From Daphnia carinata (Eukaryota), in NCBI RefSeq assembly GCF_022539665.2, contig NC_081331.1, forward strand, positions 4,340,001 to 4,404,000: a stretch of DNA of 64,000 bases, given 5' to 3'. Position 1 is the first letter of the stretch. Every line of letters begins with the position of its first letter. Of the stretch, positions 26,081 to 41,686 are shown in pieces. A program made the translations under genes and the position numbers. The notes beneath the pieces are model-generated. The model was not told the origin of the DNA. It ran no database searches and was given only the letters and a program-made list of their open reading frames with translations.

Positions 26081-27491
26081 AAAACAGCATCCTAAATGTC
26101 TTTTGGGAGAATTTTTTGTTTTTTTTATTTTGTAAATTAGAGCATGTTCATACAAATATTTCCGGTGGATTTTTTTTTTCACGTGTCTTAAATCTAACTT
26201 GCTCTCTTTCACATCGGATGATATCAATTGTAATCGAAAGAATTGATCTCTTTGCATCTATACGAGAATCTAAAATCTTAAACAAAGAATCTAGAGCAAA
26301 GAAATCCAGACGAGGGGAGATAATTTGAGGGGAAAAAAACAGGTGGGAGCATCGGCGTAAATGGATAATGTCGTACGAATAATCACGCACGTAGAGCAAA
26401 CAACAAAAACAAATCCGTCTTAATTTTTTTCTCGTTCGTCTTCCATCGTATGTTGTTTGACGAACCACACATTTTTATAATAGGACGCCTGAAACGAAAT
26501 TACGCACACGAGATAACAACGAAAGGGGGGCGGGCACCTTTGTTTTACTTTTGAAAATGTAAATGGGATTTTCTATCCCATTACTATATGAAGACTTTAC
26601 GAGGGAAACTTGGTGGAATATTGGTGGCGGTCGATTAAGGGAAGAACCAATTTTACGATCACGCGAATGCAATCAGCATAGATAGAGTGACGAGGGGCGG
26701 TTAACAACCCACTAGCACACAACAACGCAATAAAGTCGGGAGGTACCAACGGGTTTTTAGGGGAGTTTTTTTTTGTTTTTTAAGCTTTGTACGATAATCC
26801 TCCACTGCGAAAAATGCACGACAAATAAAAACGAAATTAACAAAGAAAGAGGCCCAAGTAGAGGCACCAGATTTCTTTTTCCCATTGGATCCAGCTCAAC
26901 CGTTTATGATAGAGGTAGAATAGAAGGATGAAAAAGACAAATGATATCAGTTTTCATCTTTCTGACAAAAGTGGGCAATGGGACAAAAATACACTGCATT
27001 TGAAAAGAAGTTCCCCCTTGCGCTACTGTCCCACATATCATAAGACGCGCGTTTATCGGCAATTAGTCCACTGCAAACACACGCACACAACCACACAAGA
27101 TCCTTTCTACATCAGCACCGCTTTGGCCAACTGAACTACATATGAACGTGTGAGATCATCGATAGGATCTGTCGCAAGTTCGTTTTTGGTTAAAAGAAAA
27201 AGCAGGTCGATTTCAAGAAAAATCGCAAAAAAGGGATTTCTTTAAAAAAAAAAAATACATAAAAAAAGTTCCCTGTTAAGGTGTCGTGTGTGAGTGACCA
27301 GTTCTGACGGGATCAAAAATTGTTTTTACTTATACCTTCTCAAGTTTTCTCCATGTTTAGAGAAGTTTTTCTGTTGGGTTCATTGATTTCTTTATTGGAG
27401 TGGCTCTTTCGGGTACTAGGCAGAGACAACCGTCGGTGGACGTGTTGGAGGTGGTGCTGTCACTGTTCCCATCGATGGCCAAAGACACCTG

Positions 27492-28733
27492 TCAATTGGC
27501 CAATTCGACAGATACAAACTGTTTCAGACGGTCCAAATATTGGCTGTACAATTCAACGTCATTGTGACCAGCGCCCTTTTAAAATGATTTTGAAATAATT
27601 AGTCGTCGTAAAAAACAAAGAAAATATCGCAAATGGAATACCTCGACCCACAAGGGTTCTACGGCTTTGGGGCACTTGTCGTGAATGGCGAGGCCATGAG
27701 AGAAATCAATCACTTCGTCTTCTGTCCCATGGATAACCAGCACAGGTGATGTGACTTTCGAGACTTTGTCAATGCTACCGGGGAAAATAATAGGCAATTC
27801 AAGGACAAATCTGTTGCTCGATTCAATACTCTTCATGGTCCACTGACTTTTACACAGTTAAAGATACACATTTACGAAATTCTGTTCACAACATACCTTG
27901 GAAACGCGTCGAAGCACCAGGTGCGCTGCGTCTTGGGAAAAGCGACACGCATACCGGACATTAGAGGAGAATGCAATATGACAGCGCCAACTTCATATCT
28001 AAATGCAATGGAATGACGTTAATTAAAGAACACATGCGAGTTTTGGCAACACTTTGTTTACCGAGATGCCAGATCAACGGTGGGAACGGTTCCAATACTT
28101 TGGCCGTACAGAATCACATTTTCCGGTGATATCCCATATCTGGTTCTCAATGCATGCCATGCAGCATCAACATCTGCATAGAGGTTTTTCTCTGAAGGCT
28201 TTCCTGTGCTCATACCGTAGCCAGCATAGTCATAACTGGGAATCCAACAAAAATTACTCATTTCAAGGATTGTTATAACAAAATAAAATGGTTTAGTTGC
28301 TCACCTGAATATGTTACAATTGATCCTTGTTCCCAAACCTAAGTAAAAGCTACTCATTTGGCCCAAATCGACAGCATTTCCATGGGAGAACAAAATTGTG
28401 TAGCGGGCATTTGGTGTACATCTGTTGAAAGTAATGTCAGTTGTGTTTTGTCAAAGATAAAAATGAGAAGTATCAAACATACCTGATAAACATGCAGGCT
28501 ATCCTGTTTTGTCTTGATGTCCGAGTATAGAATACTTCCAGATTTTCTTTTTCTCTTTCAGAGTATTGCCACTCTGCTCGATCTGACAGACAGACAACTT
28601 GCTTAGCTCCATTCTCCTCCACAAATGTATAGGTTGGCTCAGGTGGTAGAAAGGCCAACTTGGCAGCGATTCTTGATGGCCAAGGAGGACAACAAAAGAG
28701 GCAGCACAGCTCCCGGACTCCAAGTCCGTTCAT
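27492..28733 (-). CDS. ABHD17: Alpha/beta hydrolase domain-containing protein 17 (depalmitoylase)
   Basis: [35 protein letters not shown] nucleophile, [23 protein letters not shown]. Confidence 0.95.
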
Positions 28734-29737
28734 TGCACGGCCGTCGTTCTCCAGCTTGATGACTTGAGGAAACCTTCTTTGTGTCACGATTTTACTACCC
28801 GAGTGACGTGTTGAAGATCACAATATTAGGTTGCTCTAGGGCGTTTAGGAATTTTACTCATTCAGTGATAGATAGAATAATCCAAGTCACAACTAGTAGG
28901 TAACAATCGAGCAACGGACCAGGAAGCCGTTCAACGAAATCGAGCGACAAAACTCACGTCATCCAGTGACTACCAGACGAAAATACACAAACCGAACAAA
29001 CGGCCATGACACAACTGCTCTACGAAAGCCTACACAAAAAACACCGCCAGGGAAGCAAGCTACACACTCAAGTCTTCCCCACCCCCGTTGTGCTTTTTAA
29101 TCTGCTGCAGGCGTATAACACAGGCGTGGAGTATTTTGCCAAATATCACTTCAATGATATTAGAACAAATCAAAAGATAAAGTTTAAAACAATATAAATT
29201 TTATGCCATGTATAAAAAACTGCTATTCCGGATTACACCAGATGTAGTTTTATCAAATAAAAAAGCTGAAATCACCTACCAACGTTAATACGATTGAAGA
29301 TACGCGGTAAAGCAGTGCCATTTTGTTTAAACTAAGCCGTGTCCTGCTTCTGATATTTTCTACCCTCAACTAAATTGTATGCGGTGCAAATCCGCCTTCT
29401 ACATCAGTCAGTCATGCCCATGGTAGATTGATTTTCCTTCTAAAGGAACCTTTCCAGCCAACCATGAGAAAGTGATATACCAACAACTACAGAACAGCTC
29501 TCTTGATTGCCAAGTACTTAACCAAACCAAAATGATTTTCAAAATATTATAGCCTGGATATTTTACATAAATTACCAACAAAAATTACTGGTTGAAAGAG
29601 CTAGTGTCCCTTTAATTTTAGCATCAGGTTTAGAACTCATTTGTAAAATGTGTTTTCACAGCCACTTTCACACTTGAAAATAATGACAAGAACATCTGAC
29701 AATGCAAGCCTATGTATTGTTTTAACACATACACAAT

Positions 29738-30417
29738 TTACTTGGCGGCTTGGGCTTTCCTCATCTGGGTCAAAACATTACCCAATTCTTCACGCTTCCT
29801 CTTGGCCCTCAAGTGCGTTCCCAACTAAGGTAATGACAATTGTTATAATCTTAACAACACTCAAAAATAAAAAAAACTTACTCTGCGCTTCAAGAACTTC
29901 AAGGCTCGCTTATCCTTTGAGATCTTGAGCAATTCCATGGCTCTCTTCTCATAAGGTGCATGACCAGCGACTTCCTTGACGATGTCGCGGATGAACTTGG
30001 TGTGTTTAGTGAGTTTCTACAAAACAAGAAAGCCATATACTATCAAAACGAATGCACTTCATCTTTTCGCTTATGTTAACTTACACCCTTCCTGCGTGAA
30101 GGCCTTGGCTTCTGGGGGTTCTTGGTAGTCTTGAAACCCTTCTTCAGACCAACGGCCAAATCGTAACGTGGACGGCTCTTGCTGGGAGCCTGAACCTTTG
30201 GAGCTTCCTGTGTTCCATTAAATAAAAAAGATCTGTCATGTAAACATGTACCATCGAGTTCCTAATTTTATTCAATATATCGAAAACCTTACTTCCTAAT
30301 ACTTCACCTTAGCTATAACCACGCACCAAATAAATGAATTTCTCACACAATACAATCTATAGATGCTACAAATTTCCAAAGATGTACTTGGATGCAATTC
30401 CTTACCTTTTCCGACAT
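29738..30417 (-). CDS. RPL36: 60S ribosomal protein L36 (4 exons)
   Basis: [16 protein letters not shown]…[41 protein letters not shown]…[14 protein letters not shown]. Confidence 0.95.
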
Positions 30418-30678
30418 GTTTTCGAAGTGTTTCGTCGACTGGAGCGAGACTCGACGAAAAAGAACTAGAAAACAAATGAAGAACGACGAAATCAAATTGC
30501 GGCGATGCCATTTGGGTTAGGATTTGGTATCCGATGCGCATGCTTATGATTGGTATGTGGAAGCCGGCAACAGTGTATTCTAGAAAATCTATCCTTTTCT
30601 TTTGTTATTATTATTACTTCTGTATAAACTTGTCTTTATACCAAGAAAACTTTTCGTGTTCTGCAAAGAAAATAAATT

Positions 30679-31603
30679 ATGAATTTCGACAGTTTCTTTC
30701 GTCAATTTTTCGGATTATCGCATCCTGCGAAAAGGTTTGAAATTCTTTCGATTTTCTCATGTGAGATTATTTATGGCGCTTGTGAGATACTGATGATTCA
30801 GTAGCTATCAGAAACACCAAATCAGAATGATGTTTTTAAGCTACTTTTTAGTATTGTATACTTAACTTTTTTTCCAGACCGTCTGAAGAAGGGCTTGATG
30901 AAGATTCGCGGAATTTAGGCAGTAGCGCAATGTTTCATGGCGCTCAATGGAATAGTGAACTTGATCAACTTGATAAAATAATGATCAAACTTCTAAAAGA
31001 GAGTTTTGAAAGTCTATCGATGTTCACTGATGTTCCATTACATCAAGAACACTTAGACATGCCTGTATATCCACAAGCTTCCCTTAGAGACCAAATGCTA
31101 AAGCCAGGATTTACAGACCAACCAAATAAAGAGGACTGGAAACCAGAAAGAAATATAAAAGCTGGAGTTAATGTGGATGAAACTACCAAAGATGAAAAAA
31201 ATTTAGCTGTGTTGCTACCAAAAGCCAGAGAAGATGGAATGTATTATTCAACCAGGTAGAGTATCAATAAATGGTTGGTATTGTTAGTTTTGTGGCTGTC
31301 CATCTAACAGATCAATTCTTGATAAGGTCTTCAACAAACTATTTCCATAGCTCGAATGGTGCAACAGAATCAAAGTCCACAATAAATGACAGAGATGGTT
31401 GTTACAGAGATTTGACAACAAAAGAATTTAATGGAAAAAAATATGTGATGGAACGAAAACAGTGCCCTGGAGCTCCCCCACAGACAACAGAAACACTCAT
31501 TAACTTGTCTAGGGAAGAATTGCCAGAATTCTTAAAAAACTGGCGAACTGATCAGGGTGTTGGAAATCAAGATATGTTTGACTTTTGGGGCTCCTTTAAA
31601 TAA
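30679..31603 (+). CDS. HAX1: HCLS1-associated protein X-1-like
   Basis: N-terminal MNFDSFFRQFFGL and central SLRDQMLKP resemble conserved HAX-1 motifs. 3 exons. Confidence 0.6.
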
Positions 31604-31700
31604 ATAAAATTTTATTTTAATTGTATATTTTTGGAGAATAATTGTAATCATTTAAAATTAAATAAACATACAATACACATACAAGAGGAAAATTACAGGT

Positions 31701-32346
31701 TTAATGTGTCAGTTTATAAGTGGCAACCAGACCAATGCCCAGTCCTGTCAAAAAGAAGTACTTCCACTTGTTTGATGTAGATGTGTCACCTTCAAATTCA
31801 TTGCAGATCTTAATCTATATAGAAAAAGTAGCTGTAGACTTGCTTGTAACAACTTTTAAAAAATTAAATAATTACCCAGCCTCCTTGTTGCAAGATCCAT
31901 GGAGTAATTTTGTCATTTAGGTAGCTCGCAAGTATCTTGCTGACATTGCTGGATGATACAATAGGGTCTGTATGTAGCTGCTTGCTAAGTACCCATGTGA
32001 AGGCAAACAAAGTCACAATCCTCTCCCATAGCACAATAAACCCATTTTCTGCTTCAAAGAGTTCATCAGCTAATGAAGCAAATTTATCATGGCCAACACC
32101 ACGAGAAAGGTCCAGTCTGTTTACTAGCTGCTGCATAGGTGACTCACAATTTGCCAACACTTCTCCAACACACGTCGACAACGTCCTATAGATTGTATCC
32201 TTTGACAAATCTATGTTTTCGCCTAATGCTTCTTTTACAATGTTGACGGCGAAAGTTGAGTTTTGTTCCAGCACGTATTCACGCGTTGACTGTGCAGTGT
32301 TGTTGCCAAGTGTTAGCCAAGTTGTTGAAGCCATGGTTTTCTTCAT
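31701..32346 (-). CDS. Bcl-2 family protein with C-terminal TM anchor (2 exons)
   Basis: BH1-like ELFE…LWERIVTLFAF, BH2 WILQQGGW, tail YFFLTGLGIGLVATYK. Confidence 0.8.
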
Positions 32347-33172
32347 TAAGTAACAAGCATAAACACGCTATCGATCACGTCTAAACAATAAGAGCTGAGA
32401 TCAAAATTCACGCAGTTTTGTCTGCACATTACACCATTCTAACCGTCACTATCGTACTGTTGTACTGGTCGTGCGTGTAACACACAGGAGGGTAAGAGAC
32501 TGGGGCGAGAGATCGGAATGCGAGTAGTGGGTGGAGTGCTGCCATCTGCCCTAAGGATACGAGTAAAACAGTTGAGATGCCCTCAGGCAGACTTTTAATG
32601 AATGAATCTTTAAGAGAAATCTTTTGGAATGCTTGTTGGCCTTATATTACGAGTAGCTTTCCTTCTCTCAGGAAATTCTTGTATGGCCTTAGGCCCCAAG
32701 GTCGTGTCTGCCATACTACCCCTTTGTTCCTCTTACAGCACGTTAGAAGTGTAAACTCTGGAACTTTAACCGATAAACTGATTACGCTAACTTTAAATCA
32801 AAATAAAATGGAAATAAACTGATAACATATCTTGTATTACTGGAAACATAACTTAAAGTAGATTGAAATTAATTTAAAAATTTCAATCTACAAAATTCTT
32901 TGCTGCCCATCTTTACATAAAAATTATAGTAAGGATTACTTTTGTTTCACACACATATCTGGAATAAAGTTAAATGATTAAGAATTTTCCATGAGGCTGG
33001 TAACCGATGAAGCCAAAACCAAATAATCCTTTAATCACAAACAAACAAGACTGAACAGACTTCTTAGTTCAAACATTAAATAAACTGAAGATGGCTTGTA
33101 CAATATTTTGTTTCAGCAAAAGTTGCTGGCAATTTGGCAAAAGACTCATAACACATTCTACTCAAATTTCAC

Positions 33173-33597
33173 TTAACATGGTAAATGGGTAGCAATATGC
33201 GCCTTCTTTTCCCTACATGGGATCGTTGCCAAACAAATATTGCAAGAAACAAATCCTCTGATTCGCTGAAACAGAAAGCAAGAAATAAAAAGAAGCACCA
33301 TATAAACAATATTAGAAAATACTTTACCTTGAACTTGTCATCCATTTGCTCATCATGTTGAAGTCTCAAATGAGTATTCAATGCATACTCTAGTTTAAAA
33401 GATGTCCCACATTTGATACACATGTAAGGACAAATCCCTGCCTGTGAATGTACAATTATGAATGAAAATACGAAATAGTGCATTAATCTTTTTACGTGGT
33501 AAAGCATGTGCCTTTTCAGAAGACTGAGAGACATGAAAAACCGTTCGCAGTTGAACATAGGGCATTCAAACTCCTCCGTTTTCGCGTTGTTGTCCAT
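33173..33597 (-). CDS. Small C2H2 zinc-finger protein (3 exons)
   Basis: CPMFNCERFF…LKRHMLYH, CIKCGTSF…LNTHLRLQH, CNICLATIPC…HIATH. Confidence 0.7.
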
Positions 33598-33837
33598 AAA
33601 GATACTTAGCTCTTGTCGGATTACAATTACAATTGTGACAACAGAAATTTAGCTGTCCAGAATCAAAATGTCGAGTTTTCGAAAATTCGAAATCCAGAAA
33701 GTAACACGTTTTAATGACGTAAGTCACTGGATGTTGCCAAATTGATTGCCAATATATGGCGACCGGACATGGCAGTTGCCATTGTTTGACGTTAGAATTT
33801 TAAAATTAGCGATCAAGATTCTTTTCATTTCAATGGT

Positions 33838-33853
33838 GGTCCTGAGAAGGACC
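33838..33853 (-). promoter_or_regulatory. Histone 3' stem-loop of the H3 gene
   Basis: Minus strand AAC-GGTCCT-TCTC-AGGACC-ACCA followed by purine-rich GAAATGAAAAGAA (HDE-like). Confidence 0.8.
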
Positions 33854-33911
33854 GTTGTCGAAACAGCTTTCAAAGACAATGGATTTAAATTACAAAACAC
33901 ATTCAGGCACA

Positions 33912-34397
<486 letters not shown>

Positions 34398-34484
34398 CTA
34401 TAACAGATAAAATTGAAGGATGTACAATATTATAAAACCGAATTAAAACACGTCAATCGCATTCCGGCTTTCTTCTGTTAATAA

Positions 34485-34991
<507 letters not shown>

Positions 34992-35536
34992 TCAGCTACT
35001 TCAAGAACCCGGGACAAGCTAATAAAAGTTCTTCAAATTAGTAAGTTTTTTACCAACATTTTTTGCTTTATTTTTGATTGATACAGCGTAGTATTGACAT
35101 GACTGGTATTTGCGCAGTTATCCAAGATGGCGTCTCGACATTTTTATCCTCTTGTGCTTTCTCGTCTGTTTTCTTATGGATCGGCTGCAGCCATGACACC
35201 AAACGGCACTGAAGTGAATTAAATTCATCCCTCTTGCTTGATTGGATCTGCACAATTTTCTTCCAGTATACAAATTGTTTTTTATGTTTAATCTTTCAAT
35301 TCGATCTTAGCGTCCCACTCGAATAATGTATTTCGGTACCTATGGATCTAATGTGATGCAGCAAATGTTATGACCAGAATACAAGTGTTTTGCTGTACAA
35401 TTAATTTCCTCATTTTTCAATAGTCTCGAAGCATGTGAGTAACGTTAGGTAGAGAATAGATGAAAATGAATTTCTAAAAATGTTCAACATTTGAACAGTT
35501 TTCTGTGTGTTGTTTTCTTATAAGTGTACTGAGTAG

Positions 35537-37882
35537 TTAAAGTTCATCTTTTTCAATATTTGCATTGCTGACAATGGTATCATTTTTCTTATCAGTTGGA
35601 TGTAATATAACAGAAATCTCCTCGTTCCAAAAACGACTTGCATCAGCTCGGTAGTCTGAATCAACAACCAAAGTTGTACCGATGCGTAAAAACAGACGGT
35701 TCTTATTGAACGGTGTCCATGAAGTTGGTATATGATCCGTAATTATCGACGTAGGGACGCTAAAAAAAGAAATTGGATATAATTTCAAATTTATGGCACC
35801 TAAATAAAGGTATTAACAAATACCCGGTTTTCGCGAAATTGGTCAACAAAGGGACGAAAACATGCTTGCTGAATTCGATATCGTCGGATGACATCAGCAA
35901 ATCTTTGCCCCAAAGGTCACTAAAAATATATTGAAGATCATCTCCTTGGGCAACACCTAGAGCAATTTTAAAGCTATACTATCCAGAATAAGCCAATGAA
36001 TGTTACAGAAAGTAATCGATACCGAAATCCGCGATTTCACCCTGAAGATTTACAACGCTGTATTGGCCGCGGTATTCGAAAACATAACGATAGATCGGCA
36101 CGCTATGGTTTGCGAGTAGACGCGAATAACGATCCGTGCAGCGGGTGTAGAGCAAATCAGTTAAAAACTAAGGGCGAAACCGAAAATAACTTGTAGCAAT
36201 GATTTTCATTACAAGTATCATTAATCACACTTGCCTCGACATATTTTGGTCTAAACTGATCCTCTTCATCTAGATCGACGTTGCGAAAATATTTACGTCG
36301 TATAGCTTTTGACAAAGATGGAAGTTTGCGATCGAATCCCGACATCATTGGTAGCAGACGGGGAAGCTGGTCTACAAAACTGTCATCGTACCGGCCGTTA
36401 CTTAACGTATTCAGTGTCACTGTAACACAAATAACGGCAAATTTGCTTAAATTTAAATCAGGAAAATAAGAAGACATTTACGTCGATAAAAGAAGGCTCC
36501 TTCGTCTTTTGTTTGCCCGGTTAAAGTAGGCACGCGATGAAAAGAACCTTTTGTTAGCATATCTTCCGGATCAACCAGAATAACGACACCGTCCACCACA
36601 GGCGTGAACCTCCGAGGAAAACTATAAAACATCTTAAATAAATAACCAAATTAAAAATACAACGACAAAAGCAACGACAAAACAAGAGTGGGAGACGTAA
36701 TGTACTTACATGCATATCGGTGGATTTAAGAATAATATCTTCCACAGGCACCTTGCGTAAGCAATCAACCATTTCTTTCATTCCCATCTCAGAGCATTCT
36801 ACCCGTCGTGCAAGTTCCAAAGTTGCTTCTCTTGGTTTATGTTGGATGTACTCACCACACAGGGCGTTACCGGATAGAGCAATAATTCTAGAGAATAGCC
36901 CATCAGCTACAGGTGACATACCAAGCAATGTTGCTGATACTGCTCCGCTGTCTTGTCCAAACAGTGTCACCGAGTTGGTTTCTCCCCCTTTTTTCCGTAC
37001 GGCAATGTTAATAATACAAAATGAATAATGGAAAAGTTTTTAATTATTAGACGTATTACCAAAAGCCGAAATGTGATCTTTAATCCAGCGTAAAGCCGCC
37101 ACTTGATCCAATAGTGCCCAGTTACCTGGGGCTCGATTGTCACCACTACTCAAGAAACCTAAATAACATCATTGTTCACACAACAAACAGCGGTTAGTCA
37201 ATACTACACATTATTTCAGCTGTTTTGTTTTTGTTTGCAACCTAGAGCGCCGAGGCGATATTGTACAGTAACCAGAACTATATCCTGTTCCAGTAAAAGC
37301 TTTGGGCCAAAAAAGTACGATACGCCACCTCCCGTCACAAAGGCCCCGCCGTGCAGAAAGACCATCACAGCCCGTGAACCACGAATCTGTGACTCGTGAT
37401 TTTTTAAATTCTTAAAATAAAATGGGTTGTAAAATCTAAAATTACATACAGAAGGCGTATAAATGTTCAATATCAGGCAATCCTCATCTCCGACTGGTTC
37501 ATTGCTTTGTAGGTTAAATTGGGGACAAAGATTTCCATCTTTTAAAGCATTGCGAATACCCGACCAAGGTTCCTCTGCTTCTGGAGGCTAATTGAATTTG
37601 GTTAGAAAGTCAAAGCGGACAATTTTTTTAGCATTCAAACACGGGTACCTGAAAACGCCTTTCTCCTATTGGTGCCTTAGCATATTTAATGCCTTTGAAC
37701 GAATAATAGGATGTTTTAAAATCGACAACCTCTTTTCGACCTCGCAGTGAACCTGTTTTCGTTTTCAATACTACAGTTTCTTCATAGAAATCTTCGGTCT
37801 CCTCTTGTTCGAGACTCCAATTCGGCGCAACCATGATGCAAATCATGGACAAAATTTGGATCCACACATCAGTCGACGCCAT
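35537..37882 (-). CDS. Secreted type-B carboxylesterase-family protein, probably non-catalytic
   Basis: Signal peptide, [48 protein letters not shown]. Nucleophile elbow reads GQDSG. Confidence 0.88.
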
Positions 37883-38934
37883 TTGTCTTTCTTCTCACGA
37901 GAACTCTGACAAGTCTAATAATCGTTAGAAGACGTAATGTTATGTTGAGCTGTAGGAATACTTCTTCGCTGGTAAGAACCTTAACGACAACTGACTGTTC
38001 AAGAACTGTCAGTTTCTGTATTATAACACAGAATGTCGCAATACTTCACGCTACATGGAACAGTTCGTCTTTTTCCTGGTAGCCGTCCTCAAAATGATCA
38101 CACTGCAGACACTGCGTGATTGCCTTGTCGGTCTCTGTCATAAATAGGAATAGAAAAAGTGAAATTTCCTTGGGTACCGGAGACCAGCTCTTCAAATATT
38201 GTTCTGGTCGAAGTCATTAATCAAATGTAACTATGGATGGGCATGGGACTTACCTTCATTAAAAATTACCAGAAACCATTCCAACTCCCTACAAACAAGC
38301 CACGGATCGGTGACGAGCTGACAACACAACGAAAGTCCGCACTTTCACTGCCATGCAATTAGAGCGCTCGAGAGCCATAACAAAGAACATGCTGTGCATC
38401 TATAAAACAGATGTTGTACTTTTGAATTTTCCAATGCTTTTAAGGAAGTATAATATAAATTCATTAAGGAGAAATGAAAAAAAAATATTACCTGAAAAGT
38501 TGGCGAGACTTGTTCCATTTCAGTCTGTCGTGTTAATTTCGTTTTAGGTCTCTGAAAACAGTCACATGAACATAGCCGAGTTTAATTATTGCCCGTGAAC
38601 TATCGTTTCAAATGCTAGGAAATGAAAGATGAAACTATGAATACTACGGCCAGTAACAAGTTCGCTTTCTCAAGGGCAGAAGGTTTGTTGTCTTTTTCCC
38701 GATGAAAACGTGGATATCCTAGATCAGGCAAACTGGAATGAGAACTAGAAATAGGGTAATGTTGATACCATTTTGAAAGTTACTTTAAATCTATTTTAAT
38801 GCTTTAATTTTATTATACCACCTGAAAAATGTCAACACGATAATAAACACAATTGGGAATATACAGCGAAGGCAAGCTCATGAATCACAACGCAATTGAT
38901 AAAATAGTTGGCACGGTTAAAATATAATTTAAGT

Positions 38935-41686
38935 TTACGGAGAAGTAGGCAACGTGAACATCTGATTTACCAAATTCTTTTTGTTGATTTTGCCCATGGC
39001 ATTCCGAGGTATGCTATCTACTACTTTCCAAACTGTAGGAATAGCATACGGTGCCATAGTTGCATTTTTTTTGCACCACGACTTCAGTTCGTCAACTTCC
39101 AGTTTACTGCGCTCCTTGGGAACCAAAACAGCCGCAACCTGTGAATGAAGTGCATGATTATTTTACCAAAAGAATTTTTTTTCTTGATGTACAAGTCTTA
39201 CCGCTTGTCCCCATACGGGATCAGGTAAACCAACTACAGCGCAATCACTAATACGCGGATGGGCTAACAATTCTGTTTCAATTTGGAGGGCGCTAAGTTT
39301 GTGACCTCCCGATTTGATTATATCAGCAGATGCTCTTCCGAGAATTTTGTAGTAACCGTTGTTAAACTGGGCGATGTCTCCTACAAATATGATGGTAATA
39401 TATATTGTTTTTGAATAATGAGGCGTTGTTTAAATTACCGGTTTTAAACCATCCATCTTTTGTGAACTCTTTCTCTGTCACATCGGGTTTGTTCCAATAA
39501 CCCTGGAAAACGCTGTTACCTCGGACAAGAAGCTCACCTGAAAGTCCAGCCTGTACGTTTCGCAAATAAGTATAATCGAGATGCACGAAAATAATACAGA
39601 AAAATTTTTTACCTTGCCGGGTTCGACTTTAGTTGCTTTAGAGTTGCCTTCTGCTAGGATATCGTAGTATACTTTAGAACCATCCAAACTGGTTTTAAAC
39701 TCAGCGATGCGAACACGGACACCAGGAAGAGGGAAGCCCACATGACCTTAAAAAAAAAAAAAAAAAAAAAGATAAAATGTACTACAAGCCATTCTGCGAT
39801 TTCAGAGCAATATTATTTTTGTTACCAGGTCTGCGTTCTCCTTTAATGGGGTTAGATAACGCCATTCCAATCTCTGTCATTCCGTAGCGTTCCAACAGTT
39901 GATGCCCCGTAATGGATCGCCATTGATGAAAGACGGACTCCGGTAAGAGGGCCGAGCCGCTGACCATCAATCTAAAGATAAAAAGTGTGAGCATCTCCAC
40001 GTTAAGCATTAAGCTTGACTTCAAAATAACCTCATCTTCGTCGAACAAGTGGCCTTGACGTACTCTTTTAGTTTAGGATTGCCCGCAAACTTGCGTTGAT
40101 ACTCGTTAATTAACATTGAATAAATGGTGGGTACAGCCATAAATACGGTTGGTCGTTCACTGTTTGACATGTTTACACCTAAAAGATTAGACCACACCAA
40201 ACTGGCATCAAATTTCGGCAGCATTATACACCTATAGCCGAATATTAAAGAGTTTAAAGTAACCGCCCCGCAGACGATGGCACAAGCTATACCTGGCGCC
40301 AACATAGAGTGGGCAAAGAAGGGCATTAACGATTCCATGGGTGTGATACAGAGGCAAAGTGTGAAGAATTACATCAGCTGGCGACCAAGACCACGAGCTA
40401 ACCAGGGAACGGACTTGGGAGTCGATATTTACGTGACTCAGTAGAACTCCTTTAGGTTTTCCTGTAGTCCCGCTGGTGTATAGAATCATGGCGTTTGCTT
40501 GCCGATAGAAATTATCAGGCATCGAAAACTCGCTTAAAAGCCCAGCCAGTGTCGAATCAATGGACGGTGGATTTGTTTCAACTCTAACACTTGAGCAAAT
40601 GTTCTCAGAATTTTTTTCACCGACAGGCCGAGAAGACGACGAATCTTGACGCGACCATGTGTCATCAATAACTAATAACGGAAGGCCATTCAAGTTAGAA
40701 GACAATGATGTCATTAGCTCTACATTTGATGGGTCTGATGTGGTAATGGCCAATGAAGCTTCTGAATCCTATTAGGGATTCATGAGACTGCAGTTAGAAC
40801 AAAACATAAAAAAAGGAAGAAATGTGTTACCTGGATGTAGTATGAGAGTAATGATGGCGGATGCACCGGAGAAAGAGGAACCGCTTTTCAAATGCATTCA
40901 TGTAAGATATTAATGATAAGGAAGATGAGTTTAGATTAAAATCAGAAACGGTACTTTTATCGTATTTTTACTACCATAATACATTTATTTTTATGCGATC
41001 GAACGCATTTGGCAAAAATTCGGAAAAGTTACCATAGCTTAAAATTGATTGACAGTATAAGCACAGTGGAAACAAAAAATTAGAAATTTTCATTGACACA
41101 GTTTTCATGTTCCTTTGCATTGACCTTGGCCTACATCACAACTTCCTTATCTGCAATGGAATGCCTTATCAGGAACATAACAGTATTATGCAATGTATCC
41201 AAACACAAAAAATTTGTATGAATGCATCTAGCATCACATTATGCAATCTTTAATTTTTTGTGTTACAGCTACAAGGGTTCATCCCTAGTTTAACCAAATA
41301 TAAATGAATTAAGGCTTACCTATGTGACCAGACGCCCAGCATGCCCATTGCGCAAGGACATATGTAACATCATTTGGGCATAGGAAAACAATTCGTTCTT
41401 GAGTTTTATTAACTCCAAGTTTTCCTTGAATCTTTCTAGCCAGCAATAAGCTTTTCCGTAAGATGTCTTGATAAGTATGGGTTCCATTTTTGTCTTTCAA
41501 TGCAATTTTATTTAAATGGTTGGTTGCAATTTGAAAAACTGGTGTGATTAATTCATTTTTTTCTTCAGTTTTCCCATGAGGTATAGAACAAAATCCCCTT
41601 CTTGCAGCTCTATATAAAGTAACAGATTTGTTTGACGAAATGGAACTCAAGAAACAAATGACTGGTTTTAGGATAAGAAACGCCAT
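38935..41686 (-). CDS. ACSF3: Malonyl-CoA synthetase ACSF3-like, copy 1
   Basis: [53 protein letters not shown]. Confidence 0.88.
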
